Shown piece by piece: positions 10,781 through 22,824 of a DNA stretch of 64,000 nucleotides (position 1 is its first letter; the number at the start of each line of letters is the position of its first letter). The DNA comes from Eledone cirrhosa. Taxonomy: Eukaryota. The notes under the pieces were generated by a model, which was not told the DNA's origin, searched no databases, and saw only the letters and a program-made list of their open reading frames with translations. The stretch spans positions 357,740,001 to 357,804,000 of the forward strand of contig OZ024740.1 of NCBI GenBank assembly GCA_964016885.1. The letters are read 5' to 3'. A program made the position numbers and the translations under genes.

Positions 10781-13451
10781 AGTAGAGAAGACTATCAAGT
10801 GGCCAGGAGGGAAGCTAGGAGACAAGTCTACTTCGTAAGAAGGGAAGCTGAGGAAAGAAAGTTCAAGCATGTTCTACAACGCGAGGACCAAAAACGTGAG
10901 GTGTTCAGGATTGCTAGGCAATGTGTCAGGGAAAACCATGATATTGTCGGGGAGAAGTGTGTCCTTCATGATGATGGTGTACTTGCCATCACTGACGCTG
11001 ATAAGAAGGTAACTTGGAAGTGTCACTACGAAAGGCTACTAAATGAGGAGAATAATTGGGAGAAAGACAGTCTCCCCCTCATCGATCCAATAGAGGGACC
11101 AGCAGTGTAAGTTGAAGGTAGTATAATAAGTAAGGCGATCAAAGACATGCAGACGGGCAAAGCGGCTGGGCCTTCGGAAATAGTTGCTGAAATGCTGAAA
11201 GCATCTGGAATGGTGGGACACACTATGGTCACCCAGATAGTAAACCAAGTCATACAGAATGGGGTCGTGCTGAAGGACTGGCGTAGCAGCACCATCATTA
11301 ACTGCTACAAGGGTAAAGGAGATGCCCTAGATAGGGGAAACTATAGAGGCATTAAATTAATTGACAAGGTCATGAAGGTCACAGAAAAAGTAATAGCGCA
11401 ACTAATCAGAGAGCGAATTGATCTAGATGAAATGCAGTTCGGGTTTGTGTCAGGCAAAAGTACGACAGACGTTCTTTTCCTTGTACGACAACTACAGGAG
11501 AAGTACCTAGCTAAAAGTAAACCCCTATACTTAGCTTTTGTTGACTTGAAGAAAGCATTTGACAGAGTTCCCCGCTCCCTATCTGGTGGGCTCTTACAAA
11601 ACTAGGTGTTGATGAATGGCTTGTGAGAGCTATACAAGCCATGTATACAGAAACAGTAGCAAGGTTAGAATTAACAACGAATATAGTGAAGAGTTTAGCG
11701 TAAAAGTTGGTGTCCATCAGGGCTCCGTCCTTAGCCCCGTACTATTTATTATTGCCCTTCAGGCTATAACAGAGGAGTTCAAGACCGGCTGCCCATGGGA
11801 ACTCTTATACGCAGATGATCTAACACTCATAGCTGAATCAATGGTCAAACTAGAGAAGAAATTCCAAACATGGAAGCATGACCTAGAATCAAAAGGCCTT
11901 AAAATTAACCTGTCTAAGACTAAAGTTCTAGTTTGTAGGAAGGAAAATAGGGCGCCGGTCCCATCCGGGAAATGGCCATGCTCAGTGTGTAGGAAAGGAG
12001 TAGGCAGAAACTCCATTTTATGTCCCACGGGATGGAAGAATTTCAGCCTGCCTTAGTAGTATTACCTGGTTAAGTTCAGCCTGCCTTCTAGTATTACCTG
12101 GTTAACAATACGTGTGGTTATAGTGTGACCTACAGACCCAGATGCCTTCAGCATCTCTGCAGCTACACCCGATGGACCGGTTGCTTTCCCCATCTCCATA
12201 TCTTTGATTGCCTTATTTACTGTGCTGCTGCTGACTTGTACTGCTGGCCCCCCTATAGGGTCTACTTGGGGTAGGGTCTCTTCTTCCCATGCATTCTCCT
12301 CATTTAGTAATCTATCATAATGGCTCTTCCATGCATCTTTCTTCTCAGCACTTGTCAGAGCAAGCTCACCTTTATCATTCTGTATGCAAAGTATGGGTGC
12401 ATAAAAGATGTAGTGGGATCACAGGTAATCTAACTAAGAATATAGATTTTATATGTGGCGGGTGCTCAGGTGCAATAAGTAGCAGCAAGTGCCCACAGAA
12501 TACTAGCTCATTCCATTGCACAGATGGTTCTATAGAAATAGTGGACACCTCCCGTTATCTGGGTGACAAAATCAGCAGTGGTGGAGGGTGCTCTGAAAGT
12601 ACAGTAGCTAGAGTCAGAACAGGATGGAAGAAGTTCAGAGAGCTTATACCACTATTGGCCGCTAAAGGGTTCTCTCTAAAAATGAAAGGCAGGCTGTATG
12701 ATGCCTGCATACGAACAGCAATGTTACATGGCAGTGAGACTTGGGCATTGTGTGCAGAGGATATACGCAGACTGGAGAGGAACGAAGCTTGCATGCTCCA
12801 TTGGATGTGTAATAGTAATATACGTGAACGGCAAAGCATAAATGAACTAAGGGAGAAATTAGGAATAAGAGCAATCAGATGTTGTTTACTCGAGAGAAGA
12901 CTACGTTGGTATGGTCATGTGATGCGCATGAAAGACGACAGCTGTATAAAAAAGTGCAGGGCGATAAAAATAGACGGTACGCAGACCCAGAAAAACCTGG
13001 GATGACTTGATAAATTCCGACCTCACACACTTACACTCTCCAAGACAATGTCACTGGACCGAGATCTTTGGCGCTACACAGTAATACAGAAGACCCGCCT
13101 TGCCTAAGTACAAAGCGAAACCTACAGTCAGTAGGCACCTCTAACAAGAGTAAATCCCCGCCCCACGACTCCCACAACATCCAGTCCGAAATAAATGAGG
13201 TCGTGTAGGTGTCACGAAAAAAAAAAACACACACTGTAATGTGGCCGTGTAGGAAACACGGTAAAAACCTCCCAGTCCACACTGTAAACGTGGTTGGTGT
13301 TAGGAAGGGCATCCAGCCATAGAAAACCTGCCTGACAGTCCTATATGAGCAAGACAACCAATCTTGCCTCAAGTGGGAAAACTCCCGTCCAAACCCATGC
13401 AAGCGTGGAAGATGGACGTTAAACGATGATGATGATGATGATGATGATGAT
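10781..13451 (+). mobile_element. RTE LINE subfamily A, 5'-truncated, disrupted; carries an inverted insert at ~12028-12380
   Basis: ORFs 10694, 11147, 11616, 12289: GKAAGPS, NYRGIKL, QFGF, FVDLKKAFDRV, GVHQGSVLSP, LLYADDL, PHD-like Cys cluster, RLRWYGHV; (GAT)n tail. Confidence 0.95.
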
Positions 13452-13468
13452 AATATGTGTGTGTGTGT

Positions 13469-16400
13469 ATCATCATCATCATCATCATCACTGTTTTTTC
13501 GTCCGTTCTTTCATGCTAGCATGAGTTAGACGGGTTGTCCTGTTGTGGGCAGTGTCTGGTCGGCTGACCATGCCTTGCTCATACAGGAACTGATTTTGGC
13601 TTGATTTCTACAGCTGGATGCCCTTCCTAACACCAACCTCGTTTACAGTGAGTGCTGGGTGCTTTTTCGTGGTGCCTACACATCCACTTTACAGTGTGGG
13701 CTGGGTGCTTTTTTGCCGTGGCACCTCCACGACCAACTTGCAGTGGGAGGGTGTGGGAGCATATTGTCTATATGCTTCAGCTTGTACCCATGGGAGGTCG
13801 GGTACTCTGTATTACTGTGTGACGCCAGAGGTCACGGTCGTGTGTCATCGCCTTTGAGAGGTGTAATTGGGTAAGGTCGGCTTTTATCACCTCATCCCAG
13901 GTCTTCTTGGGTCTCCCCACTCCGCACTTTCCATTGACTTCTAGTGCTCTACACCTTTTTATGCAGCTGTCATCCTTCATACGCATCACATGTCCATACC
14001 AGCGCAACCGCCTCTCCTGCACACAGCATTTGATTCCTCTTATGCTCAGTCTCTCTCTCAACTCATTTATGCTTTGTCGTTCACGTATATTACTATTACA
14101 CATCCATCGGAGCATGCAGGCTTCGTTTCTTTCTAATCTACGTAAGTCTTCCACCTTCAGCGCCCCGGTCTCACAACCATGTATCTTTGCTGTTCGGATA
14201 CACGCATTATACAGTCTGCCTTTCATTTTGAGGGAGAAGCCTTTTGCAGCTAGCAGTGGCAGTAGTTCCCTGAACTTCTTCCATCCCGTTCTTACCCTAG
14301 TTATTGTACTTTCTAAACACCCACCTCCGCTGCTAATTCGGTCACCTAGGTAGCAGAAGCTGTCTACTGTTTCTACAGAGCCCTCCCAGAGATTGGTGGT
14401 ACTTGTTTCCTGTGGCTGTTTGCTGCTTGCTTTCCCAGCACAGCTGCTGTATGTGAAGCCTACATTCTTAATTAAGCTTCCTGAGATCCCGTTACATCTC
14501 TTGTGTACCCATTGTTTGCATTTGGGGCAGAGAATGGAGTTCTTACCTACACCTTTCCTACATACTGAGCAAGGCCATTTCCCTGAGGGGATCTGGGTTC
14601 TGTTTTCTCGTCTACTTACAAGGACCTTAGTCTTTGTCATGTTGACTTTGAGACCCTTTCTTTCTAGTCCCTGCTTCCAAGTTTGGAATTTCTTTAGTTC
14701 TACCATAGATTCAGCTATAAGTGCGAGGTCATCAGCATACAGGAGTTCCCATGAGCATCCGGTCTTAAACTCCTCCGTTATTGCCTGCAGGACTATGATG
14801 AACAGGAGAGGGCTAAGAACAGAGCCCTGGTGGACACCAACCTGTACGCTAAATTCCTCGCTATACTCATTGCTAATCCTAACTTTGCTGACTGCTCCCC
14901 TATACATGGCTTGTACAGCTTTCACAAGCCATTCATCTACTCCTAGTTTTCTAAGAGCCCACCAGATTATAGCACGTGGAACTCTGTCAAAGGCTTTCTC
15001 GAGATCGACGAATACCAGGTAGAGTGACTTACTTTTAGCTAGGTACTTTTCCTGTAACTGCCTCAAAAGGAAGAGGGCATCAGTGGTGCCTCTTCTTGGT
15101 ACAAACCCAAATTGCATCACATCTAGTTTCACCCGGTCCCTAATCAAATGTGCTATAACTCTTTCTGTTACTTTCATGACCTGGTCCATCAGCTTTATAC
15201 CTCTATAGTTTCCTCTATCGAGTGCATCACCTTTACCTTTGTAGCAGTTGACAATGATGCTACTGCACCAATCTTTTGGTATGACACCTTCTAGTATTAC
15301 CTGGTTAACAATACGTGTGGTTATAGTGTGACCTACAGACCCAGTTGCCTTCAGCATCTCGGCAGCTACACCCGATGGACCGGTTGCCTTCCCCATCTTC
15401 ATATCTTTGATCGCCTTACTACGCTGTTGCTGACTTGTACTGCTGGCCCCCCTATAGGGTCTACTTGGGGTAGGGTCTCTTCTTCCCATGCATTCTCCTC
15501 ATTTAGTAATCTATCATAATGGTTCTTCCATGCATCTTTCTTCTCAGCACTTGTCAGAGCAAGCTCACCTTTATCATTCCATATACACTTCTCTCCAATG
15601 ACATCACAATTCTCTCTGACACACTGCCTCGCAATCTTGAACACCTCCTGTTTCTGGTCCTCACGTTGCAAAACATGCATGAATTTTCTATCCTCTGCTT
15701 CCCTCCTAGCTAAGTATACTTGACGCCTAGCTTCCCAATTGGTCTCTATGTCCTGCACCCCCGTTCTTTCATTCTTTCCATGCCTGTCTCTTGGCCTTAA
15801 CTGCCTCATCTACCTTATTGTTCCACCACCAAGTCACTCTCCTCCTGCTTGTGGTCTTACTCCATCCACAGATCTCATCCGTCGCCTCTAGTAAGTTATT
15901 TTTTAGGAACTCCCAGTGCTCTTCTACATTGAATGTCTGTATCTGTTCTTCTTTACTGTCATAGGCGTTGAGTAAAATATCTTTAAATCTGTTACTGGCT
16001 GAGGGGTCTTTCAGCTTCCAGATCTTTCTTCTCTAGGTTGGCCTCTGTTTCCAGGTTCGTCTAGTTCTGACCGTGAGGTCGCTGACAACTAAGCATTAGG
16101 GAAGGCTTTTGTGTTTACGACCGTCCATCTGTCACGTCCTCTGATGAGGATAAAATCTATCTGACTAGAATGCTCCCCTGATCTATAGGTGATCAGGTGG
16201 TTGTCGGGTTTTTTGAAGTTTGCGTTACATATCGACATGTCATTGGCGTCGCAGAATTCTAGAAGTCGGAATCCTTCCTCATTTCTTGTGCCAACCCCGT
16301 GGCCTCCACGGACTCTATTGAAGCCGTCACAGTGTTTACCTACGTGTCTGTTAAAATCTCCTGCGATGATTAGGAAGTCATTGTTGTTTGTTAGAGCAGT

Positions 16401-17240
16401 AGTGTGCATTAGGGACTCGTAAAATCTATCCTTATGTTTGTCTGGCAACCCCGATTGGGGTGCGTAAGCTGATATTATTGTGGTAATTGTTTTATTCAGG
16501 ACTAGTCTGAGTTTAATGATTCTTGCATTTACCCTGTGCACTGAGATTACTTTATCTACCCACTTGTCAGCTAGTAGTATACCTACACCACCCATCCCAT
16601 CGTCATTTCCCACCCAGAAAAATTTGTAGCACTGACTTTTTCCTACAAGGACTCTAGCAGACTCTCCTCTCCATCTAGTCTCTTGCACACAGCATACATC
16701 AATTTCTTTTCGCTCTAGCATTTCTACGATTTCTCCTGCTCTTCCTTTCATTGTGCTTACATTGATGGTACCAACTCGGAGTTTTAGGCATTTGTCGACA
16801 CTCGTAGGGAAGGGTCGATTTTTGCAGGGGTGTGTGTGTGCTTCCTCTCTCTGGATTGGAGCTTCACATGGGTGCTTGGTAGCTCGCGGATTCATATTCA
16901 TTTCATCTATTAATTCAGAGTTGCTCCAATTTATTCTCAGCTCATCCGTACATAACATAGGAAAATTCAGGGCTAGTAGAACAGTGGTGGTGGTAATAAT
17001 GGCAGGGTGTGTTGGACGGGGGAGGAGAGAGTTAGGTAGTAGTAGTAGGAGAAATGGCATGCTGAGGTTTGATTGGTCGAATAGGCTATGGTGGTGTGAG
17101 GGAAATTGTGAGGTAGGCAGCCAGTCATGGCTATCAAATAACCGATAGAGGTGAAATTGTGAGGTAGGCAGCCAGTCTTGGCTATCAAATAACTGATAGA
17201 AGTGAATACACCGTGGCAAGATAACCGATAGAAATGAATA
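13469..17240 (-). mobile_element. RTE LINE subfamily C, near full length (APE endonuclease + RT + PHD), with frameshifts and stops
   Basis: ORF 16089..17219 (GTINV, CVQETRW, SAYAPQ, AGDFN, SQIDFIL = APE); ORF 13777..15489 (570 aa, RT with YADD); (GAT)n tail at 13469-13490; 5' end approximate. Confidence 0.95.
17101..17205. repeat. ~51-bp tandem repeat (2 copies plus partial) in the RTE 5' region
   Basis: GAAATTGTGAGGTAGGCAGCCAGTC(A/T)TGGCTATCAAATAAC(C/T)GATAGA twice. Confidence 0.85.
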
Positions 17241-17256
17241 CAGCTACAATAATAAT

Positions 17257-17433
17257 TGTTTCTACTTTAGGCACAAGGCCAGCAATTACCCAGTACATTA
17301 CTGGTACTTTATTTTATCGACCCCGTAAGGATGAAAGGCAAAGTTAACCTCGGCGGGATTTGAACTCAGATCGTAAAGGGACGTAACTATGCTAGAAAGC
17401 ATGGCGTCCAACCCTCTACCGACACTGCCAATT
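17257..17433 (-). mobile_element. tRNA-derived SINE family 1, full length with 16-bp TSD
   Basis: A-box TGGCAGTGTCGG, B-box GAGTTCAAATCC, Meta/MESC-like GCCTTTCATCCTTACGGGGTCGATAAAATAAAGTACCAG; TSD CAGCTACAATAATAAT at 17241-17256 and 17434-17449. Confidence 0.9.
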
Positions 17434-17777
17434 CAGCTACAATAATAATAATAGCCAGTCATAGCCTGTAGCCTTTGATGGAAAAATAGACAGATAAAGA
17501 GGCAGCATGGTAGAGAAAATGGAAATAGCGATACCTGGCAAGATTTGTATGGATGGATGGCTGGAACGTAGCTAAAACAGCTCTTAGTGATTCATTTTAG
17601 CCTTTCAGAGTAGTGTGTGTCTTATCTCTTCAATAACTTCAAGATGTGTGAGGAGGATTGGGTGAAGAGGGAAAGGGAGGTAATAGGTGGCTTAGAGAGA
17701 GATGGACCTGTATATGTGTATGGATGTATATATGTATATATATGTATATGTATGTATGTATATATACATATATATAT

Positions 17778-18648
17778 ATCATCATCATCATCATCATCAC
17801 TGTTTTACGTCCGTTCTTCCATGCTAGCATGGGTTAGACGGGTTGTCCTGTTGCGGGCAGTGTCTGGTTGGCTGACCATGCCTTGCTCATACGGGAACTG
17901 ATTTGGCTTGATTTCTACAGCTGGATGCCCTTCCTAACACCAACCTCATTTACAGTGAGTGCTGGGTGCTTTTTCGTGGCGCGTATACGTCCACTTTACA
18001 GTGTGGGCTGGGTGCTTTTTTGCAGTGGGAGGGTGTGGGGGCATATTGTCTATATGCTTCAGCTTGTACCCATGGGAGGTCGGGTACTCTGTATTACTGC
18101 GTGATGCCAGAGGTCACGGTCGTGTGTCATCGCCTTTGAGAGGTGCAACTGGGTAAGGTTGGCCCCTATCACCTCATCCCAGGTCTTCTTGTGTCTCCCC
18201 ACTCTGCGGCTTCCATTGACTTCTAGTGCTCTGCACCTTTTTATGCAGCTGTCATCCTTCATACGCATCACATGTCCATACCAATGCATCCGCCTCTCCT
18301 GCACACAGCATTTGATTCCTCTTATGCTCAGTCTCTCTCTCAATTCATTTATGCTTTGTCGTTCGCGTATATTACTATTACACATCCATCGGAGCATGCA
18401 GGCTTCGTTTCTTTCTAATCTACGTAAGTCTTCCACCTTCAGCGCCCAGGTCTCACTACCATGTAACATTGCTGTTTGGATACATGCATCATACAGTCTG
18501 CCTTTCATTTTGAGGGAGAAGCCTTTTACAGCTAACAGTGGCAGTAGCTCCCTGAACTTCTTCCATCCCGTTCTTACCCTACTTATTGTACTTTCTGAAC
18601 ACCCACCTCCACTGCTAATTCGGTCACCTAGGTAACAGAAGCTGTCTA
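17778..18648 (-). mobile_element. RTE LINE subfamily C, 5'-truncated
   Basis: ORF 18059..18850 C-terminal part is near-identical to 13777-14370; 3'UTR and (GAT)n tail. Confidence 0.92.
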
Positions 18649-18695
18649 CGTATATATGTATGTATGTATATATGTATATGTATGTATGTATATAT

Positions 18696-19302
18696 GTCAG
18701 GTCACCAGTTGGTGCTACTGGTAACATGTATCCCAGTACAACCTGTCCCATGGTCACGTCGTTGGCGACTAAACTGGCAACCCCACCAAGGTTTCTTGGT
18801 GAGGAGGGTGACTTTGGACGTCCTGCAGGACTAAAAACAAAACCTGTCAAAGGGCAAAGGAGCTCTTAACAGTCAATGGCCATCCAAAATCACCGGGAGA
18901 GATGACCTCTTAGCCTTTGTCAAGGCAGAATTCTAGGAGAAGGAAAACTCTATAACACCTGCAACTCTGATGGTATCCAATGATGTTGACTTGTTCTTCT
19001 TTTTGGTAAATATCATCTTGGTTAAGAGAGTGGGACTGGCTTTGTGCAGTGCCTTTGCTCACTATAAAAGCTTCACGGCACAGGCATTGCTTTATATCTG
19101 GAGATCTCTCTGCACTTGTCGTCACATGGTACCATGGGCCCAGCACTATGTGTCAATAATTGCCACAAGTGTAGTGTTTGTACCAGAGCTTTCAAGTCAC
19201 TGGCTGGACTAAAAAGTCACACTTGTTCAGCGCATCGGTAGGGGTTCTCCTACATGGATATTAAGTAGTGGCCGTACTCGAAAACGAGTTGGCAGCCACC
19301 AT
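18696..19302 (+). mobile_element. Unclassified GC-richer insert in (TATG)n, probably a LINE 5' leader
   Basis: Bounded by microsatellite on both sides; structured 5' end; GGAGAAGGAAAACTCT motif recalled from RTE 5'UTRs; no credible ORF. Confidence 0.4.
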
Positions 19303-19429
19303 GTATATATGTTTGTATGTATGTATGTATGTATATATATATGTATGTATGTATATATATGTATGTATGTATGTATATATGCATATATATATGCATGTAT
19401 GTATATATGTTATCTCTTTCTCTTAATTT

Positions 19430-20238
19430 CGAGTATATGTTTTTGACCGGCCACCTTCCTGGTGGCAAGGTTGTAAAAGAAAAGAAATTGTCATCCCTTG
19501 AATTGCAAGAATGTTTTGCAAATTTTGAAGGTGCCAGCTATCGCAGCCATTTGTAGACTATGAATTAGAGAGCTGCGCTTTTTGTCCGCAAATCCAGGTT
19601 CAGTCATACTTTGGTCCAAGCGGGTTGGTATATAACCCGTAGGTCCAATAATGATGGGTATGAAGCTAAAGGTGTATCTTGGATACTGGATTTGTAAACT
19701 CCTCATCAATGGTCCGTAGATGTCCTTCTCCTGTATTTTTCTGACAACGTTTACATCAAGTGGGCAGCTGATCTCCACAACAGAACACGTTTTCAATGTG
19801 TGGTCTCAAACAACAATATCAGGCCGGTTATGCTTTAATTTGGTGGCAGTTTTTATTTTCAGGTTCCACCAGTATTCCTTAGTGCCATCTGTCTCAATAT
19901 ATTCTTCCTCGTTTGTTGTTAATTTTGTTTTCCGAAGTGCGTTCCAGATGGTTCTAGCTATCCCATCGTGTCTCATGGGGAGGTAGTAGCGAGATGACAT
20001 TCTTTCGCAGGTGGCAACAATGTGGCTTACAACCTCAATCTTTGTTTTACATAGCCTACATTTATTGTCAGCTGCTGGCCCTCCCCTTTTGTGCAGCAGA
20101 TATTTAGTAGGGAGTTCTTGTTCCTCTCAAGGTGTGATGTCATAAACTTGTCGGAACTCCATGCCAGGCTTTTTGAGTGGTTTATCCCCTCTATGGTCTG
20201 TGTTTTACGTCTCAAGTATCCATGCACAACTTTTTCTG
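19430..20238 (-). mobile_element. Decayed non-LTR element 3' end with CCHC knuckle and restriction-like endonuclease (R4/Dong-like)
   Basis: KCRLCK...SHIVATC; RHD; WWNLKIKT...HNRPDIVV; VEISCPLD...EK..YGPL; IPIIIG; embedded in (TATG)n. Confidence 0.8.
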
Positions 20239-20488
20239 TATATGTATGTATGTATGTATATATGTATGTATGTATATATATGTATGTATGTATATATATG
20301 TATGTATGTATATATATATGTATGTATGTATATATGTATATATATGTATGCATGTATATATGTATATATATATGTATGTATATATGTTTATGTATGTATG
20401 TATATATGTTTATATATGTATGTATATATGTGTATGTTTGTATATATATATGTATGTATGTATATATGTATATGTATGTATATATTTA
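20239..20488. repeat. (TATG/TA)n compound microsatellite
   Basis: Direct reading. Confidence 0.95.
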
Positions 20489-20489
20489 T

Positions 20490-20785
20490 GGCGGCACATG
20501 GCTTAGTGGTTAGAGCATTGGCCTTGCAATCGAAAGGTTGTGAATTCAATTCTCAGACCGGGTGATGTATTGTTTCCTTGAGCAAGACACTTTATTTCAC
20601 ATTGCTCCAGTTTACTCAGCTGTAGAAATGATAGGGACCCCAGTCCCTATCATGCCACTGCAAAGTGGTCGTGTAGGTGCCATGGCAAAAACCACCCAGC
20701 ACTCACTGTAAATGAGGTTGGTGTTAGGAAGGGCATCCAGCTGTAAAAATCAAGCCAGAATCAGTTCCCGTCCCAAGCAGGGAAA
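20490..20785 (+). mobile_element. tRNA-derived SINE family 2 with RTE-type 3' tail
   Basis: TGGCTTAGTGG A-box, G(A)ATTCAATTC B-box-like, CCTTGAGCAAGACACTT central block, then RTE 3'UTR motif GGTTGGTGTTAGGAAGGGCATCCAGC. Confidence 0.8.
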
Positions 20786-20844
20786 ATGTTTGTATATATA
20801 TATGTATGTATATATATATGTAAAATGATGATGATGATGTATGC

Positions 20845-21475
20845 CGCGCCATTATCTGGTGGGCCCTTAGAAAACTAGGGGTTGATTAATGGCATGTGAG
20901 AGCTATACAAGCTATGTATAAAGAAACAGTCAGCAAGGTTAAAATTAACAACGAATATAGTGAAGAATTTAGCGTAAAAGTTGGTGTTCATCAGGGTTCT
21001 GTCCTTAGCCCCACCTATTTATTATTGCCCTTCAGGCTATAATAGAGGAGTCCAAGACTGGCTGCCCATGGGAACTTCTATATGCAGATGATCTAACGCT
21101 CATAGCTGAATCGATGGCTGAACTAGAGAAGAAATTCCAAACATGGAACCATGGCCTAGAATCAAAATGCCTTAAAGTTAACTTGTCTAAGACTAAAGTT
21201 CTACTATGTAGGAAGGAAAATAGGGCACAGGTCCCCTCTGGGAAATGGCCATGCTCAGTGTGTAGGAAAGGAGTCAGCAAAAATTCCATTTTATGTCCCA
21301 AATGCACAGTATGGGTTCATAAAAGATGTAGTGGGATCACAGGTAAGCTATCTAAGAACGTAGATTTTATATGTGGCCGGTGCTCTGGTGCAATAAGTAG
21401 CAAGTGCCCACAGGATACTAGCTCCTTCTATTGCCCAGATGGCTCTATATAAATAGTAGACACCTTCCGTTACTT
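20845..21475 (+). mobile_element. RTE-A-like RT/PHD segment (inverted block)
   Basis: IIWWALRKLG...YADDL...WPCSVCRKG...HKRC...CGRC (ORF 21114..21452). Confidence 0.9.
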
Positions 21476-22650
21476 CACCAGATAATGGAGCGGGGGACTC
21501 TGTCAAAGGCTTTCTCCAAGTCAACAAAAGCTAAGTAGAGGGTTTTACTTTTAGCTAGGTACTTCTCTTGTAGTTGTTGTACAAGGAAAAAAGCGTCTTT
21601 GGTACTTTTACCTGACACAAACCAAAACTACATTTCATCTAGGTCAATTCGATCTCTGATTAGTTGCGCTATAACTCTTTCTGTGACCTTCATGATATGG
21701 TCAACTAACTTAATGCCTCTCTAGTTTCCCCTATCTAGAGCATCTCCTTTACCCTTGTAGCAGTTAATGATGATGCTGCTATGCCAGTCATCTGGTATGA
21801 CCCAATTCTGTATTACTTGGTTTACTATGCAGGTGACCATAGTATGTCCCACCATTCCAGATGCTTTCAACATCTCAGCAACTATCTCTGAAGGCCCAGC
21901 TGCCTTGCCTGTCTTCATATCTTTGATTGCCTTACTTATTATACTACCTTTAACTTGCACCACTGGTCCCTCTATTGGATCGATTTGGGGCAGACTATCC
22001 TTTTCCCATTTATTCTCCTCATTTAGTAGTCTCTCATAGTGACAGTTCCAAGCTACCTTATCAGTATCAGTGAGGGCAAGTATGCCATCATCATCATTAC
22101 GGACACACTTCTCCCCGACAATATCACCGTTTTCCTTGACACATTGTCTAGGAATCCTGAACACCTCACGTTTTTGGTCCTTGCGTTGTAGAACATGCTT
22201 GAACTTTCTATCCTTTGCTTCCCTTCTTGGAAAGTACACTTGTCTCCTAGCTTCTCTCCTGGCCACTTGATAGTGTTCTCTACTTCCTCTATCCCGCCAT
22301 ACTCTCCAAGCCTACTTTTTGGCCTTTGATTGTCTCCTCCACCTTACTGTTCCACCACCAAGTTACTCTCCTCCTGCCTATAGGTCTGCTCCAGCCACAG
22401 ATTTCATCTCTCGCCTTCAGCAGGTTAACTTTCAAGAATTCCCACTGTTCCTCAATATTGTATGTCTCTAATTGATCTTCTTTACTGTCAAAAGCTTCAA
22501 GTAATATGCTTTTAAATCTGTTACTGGCTGTGGGGTCCGTCAACTTCCATATTCTTTTCCTCAGAGTAGTCCTGACTATGAGGTCACTAACTATGAGACT
22601 ATGTTGGGAAATGCATTCTTCATGGAGGAGGGATTTAATGTTTACAACAG
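21476..22650 (-). mobile_element. RTE-A-like upstream segment (tether to RT domain 3)
   Basis: ORFs 21721..22266 and 22289..22543 (TWWWN, GKAAGPS, KGKGDALDRGN), ending at DRVPRSIIW. Confidence 0.9.
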
Positions 22651-22824
22651 ATATATATATGTATGTATGTATATATATATATGTATGTATGTATAAATGT
22701 ATATATATATCATCATCATCATCATCATCGTTTAACGTCCATCTTCCACGCTAGCATTGGTTAGACGTATGTATACATATAGACATATGTATGTCTATAT
22801 GGATGTATATATATATATATATAT

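Noticed and set aside
13907-15022. Long antisense ORFs over RTE and PLE coding regions
   Set aside because: Shadow ORFs of the opposite-strand RT frame; no independent motifs
17101-17250. CRISPR-like repeat array
   Set aside because: Contiguous tandem units without unique spacers; eukaryotic context; no cas genes
18780-18830. Twister ribozyme (GAGGAGGGT motif)
   Set aside because: Lacks the GGUCCCAAGCCC-type loop and matching pseudoknot partners
20027-20565. Several 100-140 aa Y/I/M/C/V-rich ORFs (also near 41000 and 61000-61325)
   Set aside because: Translations of (TA)n/(TATG)n microsatellites
20490-20565. tRNA gene (also the other A/B-box hits)
   Set aside because: No complete cloverleaf; continues into SINE body and tail; multiple diverged copies
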